Below are positions 1 to 7,484 of a stretch of DNA of 27,834 nt, piece after piece. The DNA comes from a virus (taxonomy: Duplodnaviria; Caudoviricetes). Within the stretch, counting starts at the first letter, position 1. Every line of letters starts with the position of its first letter. Location: IMG/VR virus record IMGVR_UViG_3300017784_007158, positions 1 to 27,834 of that record. One strand, written 5' to 3'. A program made the position numbers and the translations under genes. Below the pieces are notes generated by a model, which did no database searches, was not told where the DNA came from, and saw only the letters and a program-made list of their open reading frames with translations.

Positions 1-206
1 CCATGCCACCTTTAGAGGCAATGAATATATGTTCATTAAAAGGATGTATAAGGTGTAGCCTGCGTTTGAATTCAAATACACTACGCTTGTCGATAATGTT
101 ACCATTCTTTTTGATGGTGACAAAAAGTTTGCTAATGACATTCTTAAGTTCATCCGTAATGACGGACACTATACTCTTATAAATAAAAATTGGAATTAAC
201 ATAAAC

Positions 207-437
207 ATGAGCAAAGAAATAGACATACTGAAAGCAGAGAATGATCTTCTTCATGAAAAACTTGAAGTAATGCGTGCCATTCTATATGAATGGAATGCAA
301 CATCACAGCCGGTATGGGAATACCGAAAGTTAAAGCAAATTGGTGAGACTGAAAGTGATTACGAAGATTTAGTCGAAGATGATGATGGTGGATGGTCTGC
401 GGGACCGGATGATAATGATCTTGAAAACAATAATTAA
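207..437 (+). CDS. Hypothetical acidic phage protein (76 aa)
   Basis: ATG..TAA ORF at the head of a tightly packed plus-strand cluster; coiled-coil-like N-terminus and D/E-rich tail. Confidence 0.75.
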   Translation: MSKEIDILKAENDLLHEKLEVMRAILYEWNATSQPVWEYRKLKQIGETESDYEDLVEDDDGGWSAGPDDNDLENNN

Positions 438-448
438 ATTTTAATAAA

Positions 449-724
449 ATGTTTTCCAAACCACATCCGTTTACAAATAAAAGTTTTATTTCTGAATGTG
501 TTGAATCTCCAACAGGTGAACGAAGTATACGAGTTTACCATACAAAACTGAGTATCTATGTCCCAAAGAAAGCACATATTCATGATCCAATTGCAATTTT
601 TAAATTAGCATCATGGATGGTAAAGGCATCTGAATGGGTTTCAGAACAAAAAATATATGTTCCAACTAAACAATCTCTCAACTCTATTAAACACGTATTA
701 AATAACAATAAAAAAATAAAATGA
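449..724 (+). CDS. Hypothetical protein (91 aa)
   Basis: ORF; stop overlaps next start (ATGA 721-724). Confidence 0.75.
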   Translation: MFSKPHPFTNKSFISECVESPTGERSIRVYHTKLSIYVPKKAHIHDPIAIFKLASWMVKASEWVSEQKIYVPTKQSLNSIKHVLNNNKKIK

Positions 725-984
725 TTACCAAAACACTTAAAAAAGTTAAAGCCAAGAAGTATTACTACTCATTTGTTTACAATCGTGGAAATTATTTTCA
801 AATTTCTCGAGGATTAGAGAATCGTTACCCGAAGCAATTTATGGGTTCGGGTATGATGATGGGTAAGAATAGTTTTGATCTTGGTTTTGAATGTACTGCT
901 CTAGAGTACAAAAAAATCGTTGCCTGTGCTCGCCGCCGTTATGGAAGAATTCAAAAAATCAGAAGGAATAAAATTGACTACTAA
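721..984 (+). CDS. Hypothetical basic protein (87 aa)
   Basis: ORF coupled by ATGA overlap to the upstream gene. Confidence 0.75.
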   Translation: MITKTLKKVKAKKYYYSFVYNRGNYFQISRGLENRYPKQFMGSGMMMGKNSFDLGFECTALEYKKIVACARRRYGRIQKIRRNKIDY

Positions 985-985
985 A

Positions 986-1168
986 ATGAAAAAGAAAATT
1001 ACCAAGACTGCTCCTAGACGTTATACTCTATCACTAATGCCCCCACCGGGTACATTCTCTGTACTGCTTGACGTGGCTATTCTAGCCATGCTCACGTTTG
1101 CTGCAAGTACATTGTTTCTTATGAGTCTGCAACTCTGTCAGAAGGTTACCATTACAGTAGGTAAGTAA
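986..1168 (+). CDS. Small membrane protein (60 aa; start moved to ATG 986)
   Basis: ATG 1 nt after upstream TAA; basic N-terminus then hydrophobic stretch VLLDVAILAMLTFAASTLFLMSL. Confidence 0.7.
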   Translation: MKKKITKTAPRRYTLSLMPPPGTFSVLLDVAILAMLTFAASTLFLMSLQLCQKVTITVGK

Positions 1169-1169
1169 T

Positions 1170-1289
1170 ATGACTAACTTTGTAAGTTTTGTTGCTATCA
1201 TGGCTGCTCTTGTACTTGGACTTGCAATACTTTCAATTGGTTTTGCTGTTGTATTATCAATTGCTATTCGTGCATTTGAAGCAAATTAA
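1170..1289 (+). CDS. Small hydrophobic membrane peptide (39 aa; not in ORF track)
   Basis: Hand translation MTNFVSFVAIMAALVLGLAILSIGFAVVLSIAIRAFEAN*; starts 1 nt after previous stop and fills the gap. Confidence 0.7.
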   Translation: MTNFVSFVAIMAALVLGLAILSIGFAVVLSIAIRAFEAN

Positions 1290-1300
1290 TAAGGATTCTA

Positions 1301-1528
1301 ATGGCTGATGGAGAATTTATAAAACACGGAATGACTCAAGCACGATTTGACTTTCTGATGCAGCCATTTGACGATGAGGATTTTATCGTCATGCTCACAG
1401 CAGAGGAACTCAAAAATGGATGGCATTGGTGTGATGAATGGGATGGTCTTCTCATTCATACTGATGACGTTGAGTTTCAGCATTGCAAATGTGAATTTAT
1501 GAATAAGTTTAGAAAAGAAAATATATGA
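1301..1528 (+). CDS. Hypothetical protein with WHWCxEWDGLLI..CxC motif (75 aa)
   Basis: AAGGA SD-like site upstream; ATGA overlap with next gene; Cys/His/Trp motif may bind metal. Confidence 0.75.
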   Translation: MADGEFIKHGMTQARFDFLMQPFDDEDFIVMLTAEELKNGWHWCDEWDGLLIHTDDVEFQHCKCEFMNKFRKENI

Positions 1529-2175
1529 AAATTTTAATTGCAACCATTGCCATTACAACTTCCGCATCTGCTGGAATTGTCACCTTTGAAAATCTGCCGT
1601 CCACTTATAATTCAAGTAATGATGCAGGTGAACAGTTAAGAAATTTTGTTGATGGATTTACATTTACATCAGGTGCATATAATTGGGGTTCACAAGATAA
1701 TTGGTATTACTACAATATTCCCAATCCTTATTTAAGCAGTGGTGCCTATGCTATTGGTGTGAACGGAACTACTGCACTGTATAGCGGATATTATAATAGT
1801 AATACCAATTCAACTTATAACATTTCTCGCGCAGATGGAAGTCTGTGGAAATTTAATCAGGCTGTATTCACCTCAGTTTGGGCAATGGGAAATATTCAAT
1901 TAGTTGGTTTGCGAAATGGTGTTGTGGTGTTTTCCTTAGCGCAAAATATTAGCAATACCCAACAGACTATAGTAAGCACTAGTTCTTATCCTGGTCCCGA
2001 TGATCGGATTGATACACTAATGATTAAAAATCATATAGCCAATACTTTTTACGGAAAACATTTTATTATGGATAATATGTATTACACACTTCCTGCCCCA
2101 AGTGTCTTAGCAATGATTGGGCTTACTGTCTGTGGAACTAGTAACCGCCGTAGAAAGAATACAAATGAGAATTAA
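1525..2175 (+). CDS. Secreted protein with PEP-CTERM-like (PAP-type) C-terminal sorting signal
   Basis: N-terminal signal peptide MKILIATIAITTSASA|GIVTFE; C-terminal LPAPSVLAMIGLTVCGTSNRRRK = Pro motif + hydrophobic segment + Arg cluster. Confidence 0.8.
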   Translation: MKILIATIAITTSASAGIVTFENLPSTYNSSNDAGEQLRNFVDGFTFTSGAYNWGSQDNWYYYNIPNPYLSSGAYAIGVNGTTALYSGYYNSNTNSTYNISRADGSLWKFNQAVFTSVWAMGNIQLVGLRNGVVVFSLAQNISNTQQTIVSTSSYPGPDDRIDTLMIKNHIANTFYGKHFIMDNMYYTLPAPSVLAMIGLTVCGTSNRRRKNTNEN

Positions 2176-2458
2176 ACCCCTTACTTTTGGAGAAAAGATT
2201 GCTATGACAATGACAAACGACAATGCGCCTATTGCTGATGCATCCACTCTTGTGGCTCGGTTGGAGGAACACTCCGACTTTGCTCACAAGGTAGTTCGTG
2301 ATCTGTTGCGTGAAGCATCAGAGAGAATTCAGTTTCTCACAAAGGAACGAGATTACTATGAGATGAAGATGACATTCTATGCCAAGGATACAGAGAGAAT
2401 GAGCAACTGTCCCCCGTGGGATACCGAGCATAAGGCAGGTGGTCCACGGGGAGCGTAA
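2165..2458 (+). CDS. Hypothetical protein, 'LVARL..EAxExI' phage small-protein type (start 2165 or 2203)
   Basis: ORF ending just before a terminator; motif LVARLE..DLLREASERIQFL resembles 4503..4691. Confidence 0.7.
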   Translation: MRIKPLTFGEKIAMTMTNDNAPIADASTLVARLEEHSDFAHKVVRDLLREASERIQFLTKERDYYEMKMTFYAKDTERMSNCPPWDTEHKAGGPRGA

Positions 2459-2479
2459 AGATTTTAGTATTGTTTAAAT

Positions 2480-2516
2480 AAAAAAACTCTGAATCTTTTT
2501 AGGATTCAGAGTTTTT
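2480..2516. terminator. Bidirectional intrinsic terminator
   Basis: AAAAACTCTGAATC-loop-GATTCAGAGTTTTT inverted repeat between convergent genes. Confidence 0.85.
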
Positions 2517-2532
2517 ATTAATTATTGTTATT

Positions 2533-3114
2533 TTAGTTACCACCTGGGTAGTAACCGCCACCTTTACGGGGAGTTGGTCCTGGGCGTGGACGTTTTATTC
2601 TAGGTGATGTTGGCATTGAGTTTCCACCACCCCCTCTTGCTCTATCTCTTAGCCACCATGCTTGGAACTCCGGAGATTGACTATAAAACCATTGAGTCCA
2701 TAGACGATATGCCTCTATATAGCCAGGACTATTTTCTCCTCCATCAGGGTATTGATTAATGCGTGGGAATGGCGGTTGAGGGGTTGCGTTAGGAGCAGGG
2801 GGCGTTGGAGCCGGTGTTGGAGCCGGTGCTGGAGCCGGTGCAGGTGGATTCGGCGATATACCACCAGGAATATATCCAGGAAGTACTGGTGCTGTTCCAG
2901 GAGGAGGAGGCGGTACTACTCCTACTTCTAAAAGTATTTGTTTCTTTAAATTATTAATTTGCTCTTGTAAATTTAGAGCTAAAGTTTGATAATATTTTGT
3001 AGTAGGATTACGATCAACAACTTCTTGCTGCTTTTTAATTTGAGCATCTTTTAAAATTTTTGCGTTATCGTAAATATTATTTGATAGATTTAAATGGTCT
3101 TTAAAGAAATTCAT
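2533..3114 (-). CDS. Proline-rich late protein, candidate internal virion protein (193 aa)
   Basis: TATAAATA 5 nt before ATG; YYxxLxxxLQxQ coiled segment ending ILLE, then Pro-rich linker and Trp-rich helix. Confidence 0.75.
   Translation of the reverse strand: MNFFKDHLNLSNNIYDNAKILKDAQIKKQQEVVDRNPTTKYYQTLALNLQEQINNLKKQILLEVGVVPPPPPGTAPVLPGYIPGGISPNPPAPAPAPAPTPAPTPPAPNATPQPPFPRINQYPDGGENSPGYIEAYRLWTQWFYSQSPEFQAWWLRDRARGGGGNSMPTSPRIKRPRPGPTPRKGGGYYPGGN
2806..2841. repeat. 12-bp tandem repeat x3 (TGGAGCCGGTGY), coding Pro/Ala/Thr linker
   Basis: Read directly from sequence. Confidence 0.85.
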
Positions 3115-3119
3115 ATAAC

Positions 3120-3127
3120 TATTTATA
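3120..3127 (-). promoter_or_regulatory. T4-type late promoter
   Basis: TATAAATA-GTTAT-ATG on minus strand. Confidence 0.8.
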
Positions 3128-3138
3128 TCAGAATATAT

Positions 3139-3166
3139 TTGACATCAAAGTCTTTTGGAGTATAAT
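3139..3166 (+). promoter_or_regulatory. Sigma70-type promoter, perfect consensus
   Basis: TTGACA-N16-TATAAT, ATG (3173) 6 nt downstream. Confidence 0.85.
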
Positions 3167-3172
3167 AAACAT

Positions 3173-3337
3173 ATGAAAAATTTCTTCAATAAATTGACTA
3201 TACCACTCATTGTTCTTGTGGTTATCAATATAATTGGGTTTATTTACCATACTAACTATACAGGTGCAGTAGTTGGTAGTTTTGTTGGGTTGATTGTTGC
3301 ATTTCTTTCAATTGAAATTCGTGCAAAGTTTGAATAA
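3173..3337 (+). CDS. Small two-TM membrane protein (54 aa; start moved to ATG 3173)
   Basis: Two hydrophobic helices; start directly after the promoter. Confidence 0.75.
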   Translation: MKNFFNKLTIPLIVLVVINIIGFIYHTNYTGAVVGSFVGLIVAFLSIEIRAKFE

Positions 3338-3341
3338 AATT

Positions 3342-3416
3342 GGTCCTATCGTCTAGCCTGGTTTAGGACCTGAGACTTTCAATCTCAGTACATGGGTTCA
3401 AATCCCATTAGGATCA
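3342..3416 (+). tRNA. trnE: tRNA-Glu(TTC)
   Basis: Acceptor GGTCCTA/TAGGATC, anticodon arm TGAGA-CTTTCAA-TCTCA, T arm ATGGG-TTCAAAT-CCCAT; no encoded CCA. Confidence 0.93.
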
Positions 3417-3417
3417 C

Positions 3418-3425
3418 TATAAATA
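3418..3425 (+). promoter_or_regulatory. T4-type late promoter
   Basis: TATAAATA 7 nt before ATG 3433. Confidence 0.8.
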
Positions 3426-3432
3426 GAATACT

Positions 3433-4506
3433 ATGGCAATACTAAAAAACTACAATCCCATTGTTCACGATATTCATACCTATCACGCTCCTGCTACGTT
3501 AGTACCACTTGTTGGTGGTGAACAAAAAGGATTTAATTCTTCTTGTCAAGGAGCCGCAGTTGATTGGTCGGGAGTATCTTTACGTCCTCGTGCATTTGCA
3601 CGAGAGTATTCTGTAGCCTTACGAGGTAATCTTACTACTCCCTATGTTGCAGACAATATTAATTTTTGGAACACTAGCAATCCTGCTGCTGTTTTGATTA
3701 GTCCAAAGCATGCACTTATATGTGAACACTACAGAGGACCAGGTCGTCCTGTAGGAGAATACGAAGCCTACACGTTCTTGGGTAAGTCTGGAACTAGGCA
3801 TACTCGCAAGGTTGTAAAGGTAACTTTCTCGATTGGGCCTGATCACACTCTATTAGAGTTTGAGTCGGAGTTCCCTAAGAATGATGTTTGTATTTACGAT
3901 CATATCGCCGATGCGCGATACATTCCACTCACTCATCCAGTATGGGTGCATGAGTGCGAAAGCAAGGCATACAAAATGTCAATGGACAAATCTTTTGTAA
4001 GTAGTGCTGATGTGTGCAGTGGGTTTGGTGTTGTTCCAATTCAAGACGGTATCAATGACGGCGCACAGAATGGTGGATGGCCTGTCATTTGGGGTGGCGA
4101 TAGCGGCAGTCCTGCATTTGTCATTGATGGTGGTGGGCATACCATATTTGTTGGATTAATGAACGGTGGGATGCAAGTAAATGCTCCTGAGATTCGTGCA
4201 ATCAATGCTCAAATTAAATCACATGGTTATACCGTAACTCATGTTATGCTGTCATCTAAGATCGAAGACTTGAACGATGATGGTAAAGTTGATGGTGCAG
4301 ACTTGGCATTGTTACTAGGTGCATGGGGAAACAACAACATCTTTATGGATGTTAATGGAGACGGTAAAGTAGATGGAGCAGATATTGCTCAACTACAAGC
4401 AGCATGGGGAGCATATACAATGACTAGGAATGTTCCAGTTCCTGTTGTAGCACCTGTAACAACACCTGTAAATAAAAGTGGAAGAACACAAAACAAAAGA
4501 CTATGA
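3433..4506 (+). CDS. Trypsin-like serine protease with C-terminal dockerin-like Ca-binding duplicated motif
   Basis: AVLISPKHALICEH (His), PDHTLLEF (Asp), GGDSGSP (Ser); two repeats DLNDDGKVDGADLALLLGAWG / DVNGDGKVDGADIAQLQAAWG. Confidence 0.85.
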   Translation: MAILKNYNPIVHDIHTYHAPATLVPLVGGEQKGFNSSCQGAAVDWSGVSLRPRAFAREYSVALRGNLTTPYVADNINFWNTSNPAAVLISPKHALICEHYRGPGRPVGEYEAYTFLGKSGTRHTRKVVKVTFSIGPDHTLLEFESEFPKNDVCIYDHIADARYIPLTHPVWVHECESKAYKMSMDKSFVSSADVCSGFGVVPIQDGINDGAQNGGWPVIWGGDSGSPAFVIDGGGHTIFVGLMNGGMQVNAPEIRAINAQIKSHGYTVTHVMLSSKIEDLNDDGKVDGADLALLLGAWGNNNIFMDVNGDGKVDGADIAQLQAAWGAYTMTRNVPVPVVAPVTTPVNKSGRTQNKRL

Positions 4507-4691
4507 TCGACATAGAAACAAGATTGCGAAATATGGCTGATAAATGGCGCACAGTAAACCAAGAAGTTTATGATATTTGTCGTGATGCTGCTGAAGAAAT
4601 TCGAGTACTCAAAGCCTCGGGTAAGTATACAGACGATATCATCAACGCATACAAACATGGAACGGGATGGGGAAAGGGTAAAGATGAGTAA
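4503..4691 (+). CDS. Hypothetical protein, 'DIETRLR..DAAEEI' type (62 aa)
   Basis: ATGA overlap with protease stop; motif recalled as common in phage small proteins. Confidence 0.75.
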   Translation: MIDIETRLRNMADKWRTVNQEVYDICRDAAEEIRVLKASGKYTDDIINAYKHGTGWGKGKDE

Positions 4692-5127
4692 TAATATTAA
4701 AAAACTTTCAGAGAAGCATCCACTCGTATTTGCTAATATGTCAGAAGCAATGTGGTCTGATCTACCTGATGGTTGGGTAGACCTTGTTGATGAACTATGT
4801 TCTAAACTGACTCCACTACTTGTTGAGTCATATGCCAATTATCCACCCAATGAAGAAAACTTTATGATTGGTATCACTATTGATCAGATTAAAGAAAAGT
4901 TTGGTGGTCTTCGATTCTATTGTAGTTTTCTCACAGAAGATACTGATCTATGGGGCAAGGCTACTGATATAATCAATGAATATGAAAAGAGATCATATAG
5001 TGTATGCCAGATAACAGGAAAACCTGGAACACAATGTTCTGCAGGAAGCCAAGTTATTACTCTATGCGAAGAAGAACGTGTTCGTATGAAGGCTATAAGT
5101 ATGAAGGAAGCACCGTTCAGATTTTGA
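4684..5127 (+). CDS. Conserved phage hypothetical protein, QIKEKFGGLRFY family (start moved to ATG 4684)
   Basis: Motifs DGW..L, QIKEKFGGLRFY, CQITGKPG, TLCEE. Confidence 0.8.
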   Translation: MSNNIKKLSEKHPLVFANMSEAMWSDLPDGWVDLVDELCSKLTPLLVESYANYPPNEENFMIGITIDQIKEKFGGLRFYCSFLTEDTDLWGKATDIINEYEKRSYSVCQITGKPGTQCSAGSQVITLCEEERVRMKAISMKEAPFRF

Positions 5128-5197
5128 GGGTTAGTTCAGTTGGTAGAACGTGGGACTTTGGTTCCCAATGTCGGGAGTTCGACTCTCTCACCCTCAG
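5125..5197 (+). tRNA. trnQ: tRNA-Gln(TTG)
   Basis: Acceptor TGAGGGT/ACCCTCA, D arm GTTC/GAAC, anticodon arm TGGGA-CTTTGGT-TCCCA, T loop TTCGACT; no CCA. Confidence 0.92.
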
Positions 5198-5215
5198 TTA
5201 GTTAAGGAAATATAT

Positions 5216-5473
5216 ATGACAAAGTTTCAACCTATCGGAAAATACATTTGGGTCAAGACTACTTTTGGTGGACAGAAGACCAATGAGTTTGGTATCATCT
5301 ACCAAGAGCGTTCTACTTCTAAGTTTATTTGGAGTACTGTATTGGCTATTGGTAATAAGTTAACTGAAGACATCAAGGTTGGTGATGAGATTCTTTGGGA
5401 TGCCACTCAATTAAAAGATGGCTACAGTGGAAACCATTTAGTGCATCAAGATTGGGTTCAGGCTACTAATTAA
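5216..5473 (+). CDS. groES: GroES/Cpn10-like co-chaperonin (85 aa; start moved to ATG 5216)
   Basis: FQPIGKYIWVK, GIIY mobile-loop-like segment, VLAIG, DIKVGDEILW pattern; AAGGA SD upstream. Confidence 0.75.
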   Translation: MTKFQPIGKYIWVKTTFGGQKTNEFGIIYQERSTSKFIWSTVLAIGNKLTEDIKVGDEILWDATQLKDGYSGNHLVHQDWVQATN

Positions 5474-5958
5474 ATTTCAATCTCATCTAAAGATTCTGCA
5501 TCACCTTTTTTACGTGTTTGCAGTGCTAATTTAGACATATTTAAAATATGATCTTGAAGTTTAGTTCTAGAAGAATCTGCTGTATCATCCGTATCATCAT
5601 TATACTGATTCTTTTTCTTTAATTCGTTTATATGAGAATTCATTGTTCTTCTTGACAATGCTTGCATAGCATCAAATAAATCAGCTCTTTGGGGTTGTCC
5701 ATCATCATCTGTTGTAAGTGTTTTATGTAATTCTGTAAAATGTGTTGGATCCTCACCTAACATAAGATCCAAATGGCTATGAAAATGTTTTAAGAAACCA
5801 GGATCAACATCTTTTAAATGTGGTATTCCTTTTTTTATAAAAGAAAAGAACTGACCCATTACATGATTACGATGATCTGCTTTAGCTGGTTGTATATCTT
5901 TATATTCAAAAGGAACTATATCATTAGCTTCAAGTAAATATTGTTTAAAGGTTTTCAT
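5470..5958 (-). CDS. Candidate internal head protein with capsid-targeting leader (162 aa)
   Basis: N-terminus MKTFKQYLLE|A parallels T4 IPII/IPIII MKTYQEFIAE|A; AATAAATA box 7 nt upstream. Confidence 0.75.
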   Translation of the reverse strand: MKTFKQYLLEANDIVPFEYKDIQPAKADHRNHVMGQFFSFIKKGIPHLKDVDPGFLKHFHSHLDLMLGEDPTHFTELHKTLTTDDDGQPQRADLFDAMQALSRRTMNSHINELKKKNQYNDDTDDTADSSRTKLQDHILNMSKLALQTRKKGDAESLDEIEI

Positions 5959-5965
5959 ACTATAT

Positions 5966-5973
5966 TATTTATT
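5966..5973 (-). promoter_or_regulatory. T4-type late promoter
   Basis: AATAAATA-ATATAGT-ATG, just downstream of a terminator. Confidence 0.7.
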
Positions 5974-6006
5974 AAAAGAAACAACCCCCGAACTTCTCGG
6001 GGGCTG
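5974..6006 (-). terminator. Intrinsic terminator
   Basis: Minus strand CAGCCCCCGA-GAAGT-TCGGGGGTTG followed by TTTCTTTT. Confidence 0.85.
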
Positions 6007-6044
6007 ACATACTAAAGGTTCAAATTTTAGTAAGATTTTTATAT

Positions 6045-6749
6045 TTACGAGCCCAAGTTTCCTCGAGTACCATAAACAGAATTACTTTGTGATTGTGCTT
6101 TTTTCATAAATTCTGGATGATCTGGGTGTTTTATTAATGCTCGATATGCTTCACCCGAAGCAGTCTGTGCTGCAGCTAAATCAGCTCTTAGTTGTTGCAT
6201 AGTAGGATCTCGATCCATTCTTCCTGATAACTCTTTCAAATGTTGAGCAGTATTTTTGCTTCCAGGGTTTTGTCTACTAAATACTCCACGCCTGTCTTTA
6301 GCTGCTTCTTGGTGATATTTTAAAGCAGCAGTATTTGCAGCAGCAGCAGCATCAGCAGCCTCTTGAGAAGCTTGATGCAATATAGCATATTCTTCACTAG
6401 GGTAAACTATTCCACCACGAGATCTACGAGGACCTGCATTTTCTTGTTCATTTAAAATTCTTGGGAAGCCACCATAGCTTATTTGACCATAAGAAATAAC
6501 TGTACCTTCTTTAAGAGTAGTTTTCTTCTTTTTATCAATGGCTTTTTTAATTGCCTTATCCTTGGATCCAAAGTATTCATCCTTAGATGATTCTACTTCA
6601 CCATCACCATCATAATCTTTGGTAGATTTCTTGCCATTCTTCTTCTTCTTTGATTTGTTAAACTTACTAATATCAAATCGTTTCTCAATAAGATTGAGTT
6701 GTGCTTGAAGTTGTTCGTATAATGCTTTGTAGTAGTCTAGGTCATTCAT
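6045..6749 (-). CDS. Late protein with DYDGDGEVESSKDEYFGSKDKAIKKA motif and YGGFP peptide; candidate internal virion protein
   Basis: TATAAATA 5 nt upstream; DxDGDG Ca-loop-like motif; LKE and ILNE sites. Confidence 0.75.
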   Translation of the reverse strand: MNDLDYYKALYEQLQAQLNLIEKRFDISKFNKSKKKKNGKKSTKDYDGDGEVESSKDEYFGSKDKAIKKAIDKKKKTTLKEGTVISYGQISYGGFPRILNEQENAGPRRSRGGIVYPSEEYAILHQASQEAADAAAAANTAALKYHQEAAKDRRGVFSRQNPGSKNTAQHLKELSGRMDRDPTMQQLRADLAAAQTASGEAYRALIKHPDHPEFMKKAQSQSNSVYGTRGNLGS

Positions 6750-6754
6750 ATTAT

Positions 6755-6762
6755 TATTTATA
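6755..6762 (-). promoter_or_regulatory. T4-type late promoter overlapping upstream stop codon
   Basis: TATAAATA-ATAAT-ATG. Confidence 0.8.
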
Positions 6763-7477
6763 AACTTAATCGTTTATCCTGTGTTGATTTAATGTATGCA
6801 TTCATTTTATCCAAGTAACCCTTATTTCGTAGTTCCTTGAATACCATATTCTCAATACTTACTTCTCCAGACTTTTTGAGTCCAGAACTTCTCATATTTC
6901 TAAGTTTTTCTTTTAATTTATCAAAAGATTCATCTTCTGCATTTGATGAAATTAAATCATCAATTTTTTCAATATATTCGGTAACTTTCTTTTCGATACT
7001 TGGATCTTCTAAATTTACTTCTTGATGTTTGGGCTCGGTTATCCATTGGTCGTTAAGCACGCTATAAGCCCCCTGGTCGGGTGGTACCGGTTCTTTGATG
7101 TCTTGAGCGTATACTTCTACATCATGCCCTAGAATGGTTATATCATGAGTTAGTGACCAAAGTTGTTTCTTATCTTTAAGGTAGTCATCTATTAAATTTG
7201 GGCAGTTATCAATTTTTCTTTTATCAACCAAAATGTGAAGATCAATATCTGAATATGATGTGTAAGCATAACTTGCATTACCACCAACTAGAATATAATC
7301 TTCTACTGCACTTTCTGGTAATCCAACCCACTCTACCCAGGTACGCCCAATATCTAAAAGTTTAGCTTTAATGTCTTTTCTTAATTGCATACCATCCCAA
7401 ATCTTTGGATTTAGTTCATCATGGTATTCAAGAGTTGAAGAAGTATTTTCTTCTAAGAATTTTTTAAAAGAAAGCAT
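6758..7477 (-). CDS. DNA polymerase beta-superfamily nucleotidyltransferase with capsid-targeting-like leader
   Basis: LVGGNASYAYTSYSDIDLHI (hG[GS]..DxD) and third acid in DVEVY; N-terminus MLSFKKFLEE. Confidence 0.85.
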   Translation of the reverse strand: MLSFKKFLEENTSSTLEYHDELNPKIWDGMQLRKDIKAKLLDIGRTWVEWVGLPESAVEDYILVGGNASYAYTSYSDIDLHILVDKRKIDNCPNLIDDYLKDKKQLWSLTHDITILGHDVEVYAQDIKEPVPPDQGAYSVLNDQWITEPKHQEVNLEDPSIEKKVTEYIEKIDDLISSNAEDESFDKLKEKLRNMRSSGLKKSGEVSIENMVFKELRNKGYLDKMNAYIKSTQDKRLSL

Positions 7478-7484
7478 TTTAGAT

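Noticed and set aside
178-185. TATAAATA as a late promoter for the first cluster
   Set aside because: Lies 21 nt from the next ATG, inside a probable coding frame, unlike the other boxes; cannot be supported.
5125-5197. Reading this tRNA as Pro(TGG)
   Set aside because: Loop CTTTGGT places TTG at positions 34-36, and U1-A72 with G73 fits Gln.
5150-5215. N-terminal extension of the GroES-like ORF and ORF 5004..5201
   Set aside because: Both run through tRNA-Gln; ATG 5216 has its own SD.
6011-6031. Small hairpin ACTAAAGG..ATTTTAGT next to the terminator
   Set aside because: Short, AT-rich and expected by chance.
6758-7477. CBASS-type CD-NTase defence system
   Set aside because: No adjacent effector or cap genes recognisable; context is phage late genes.
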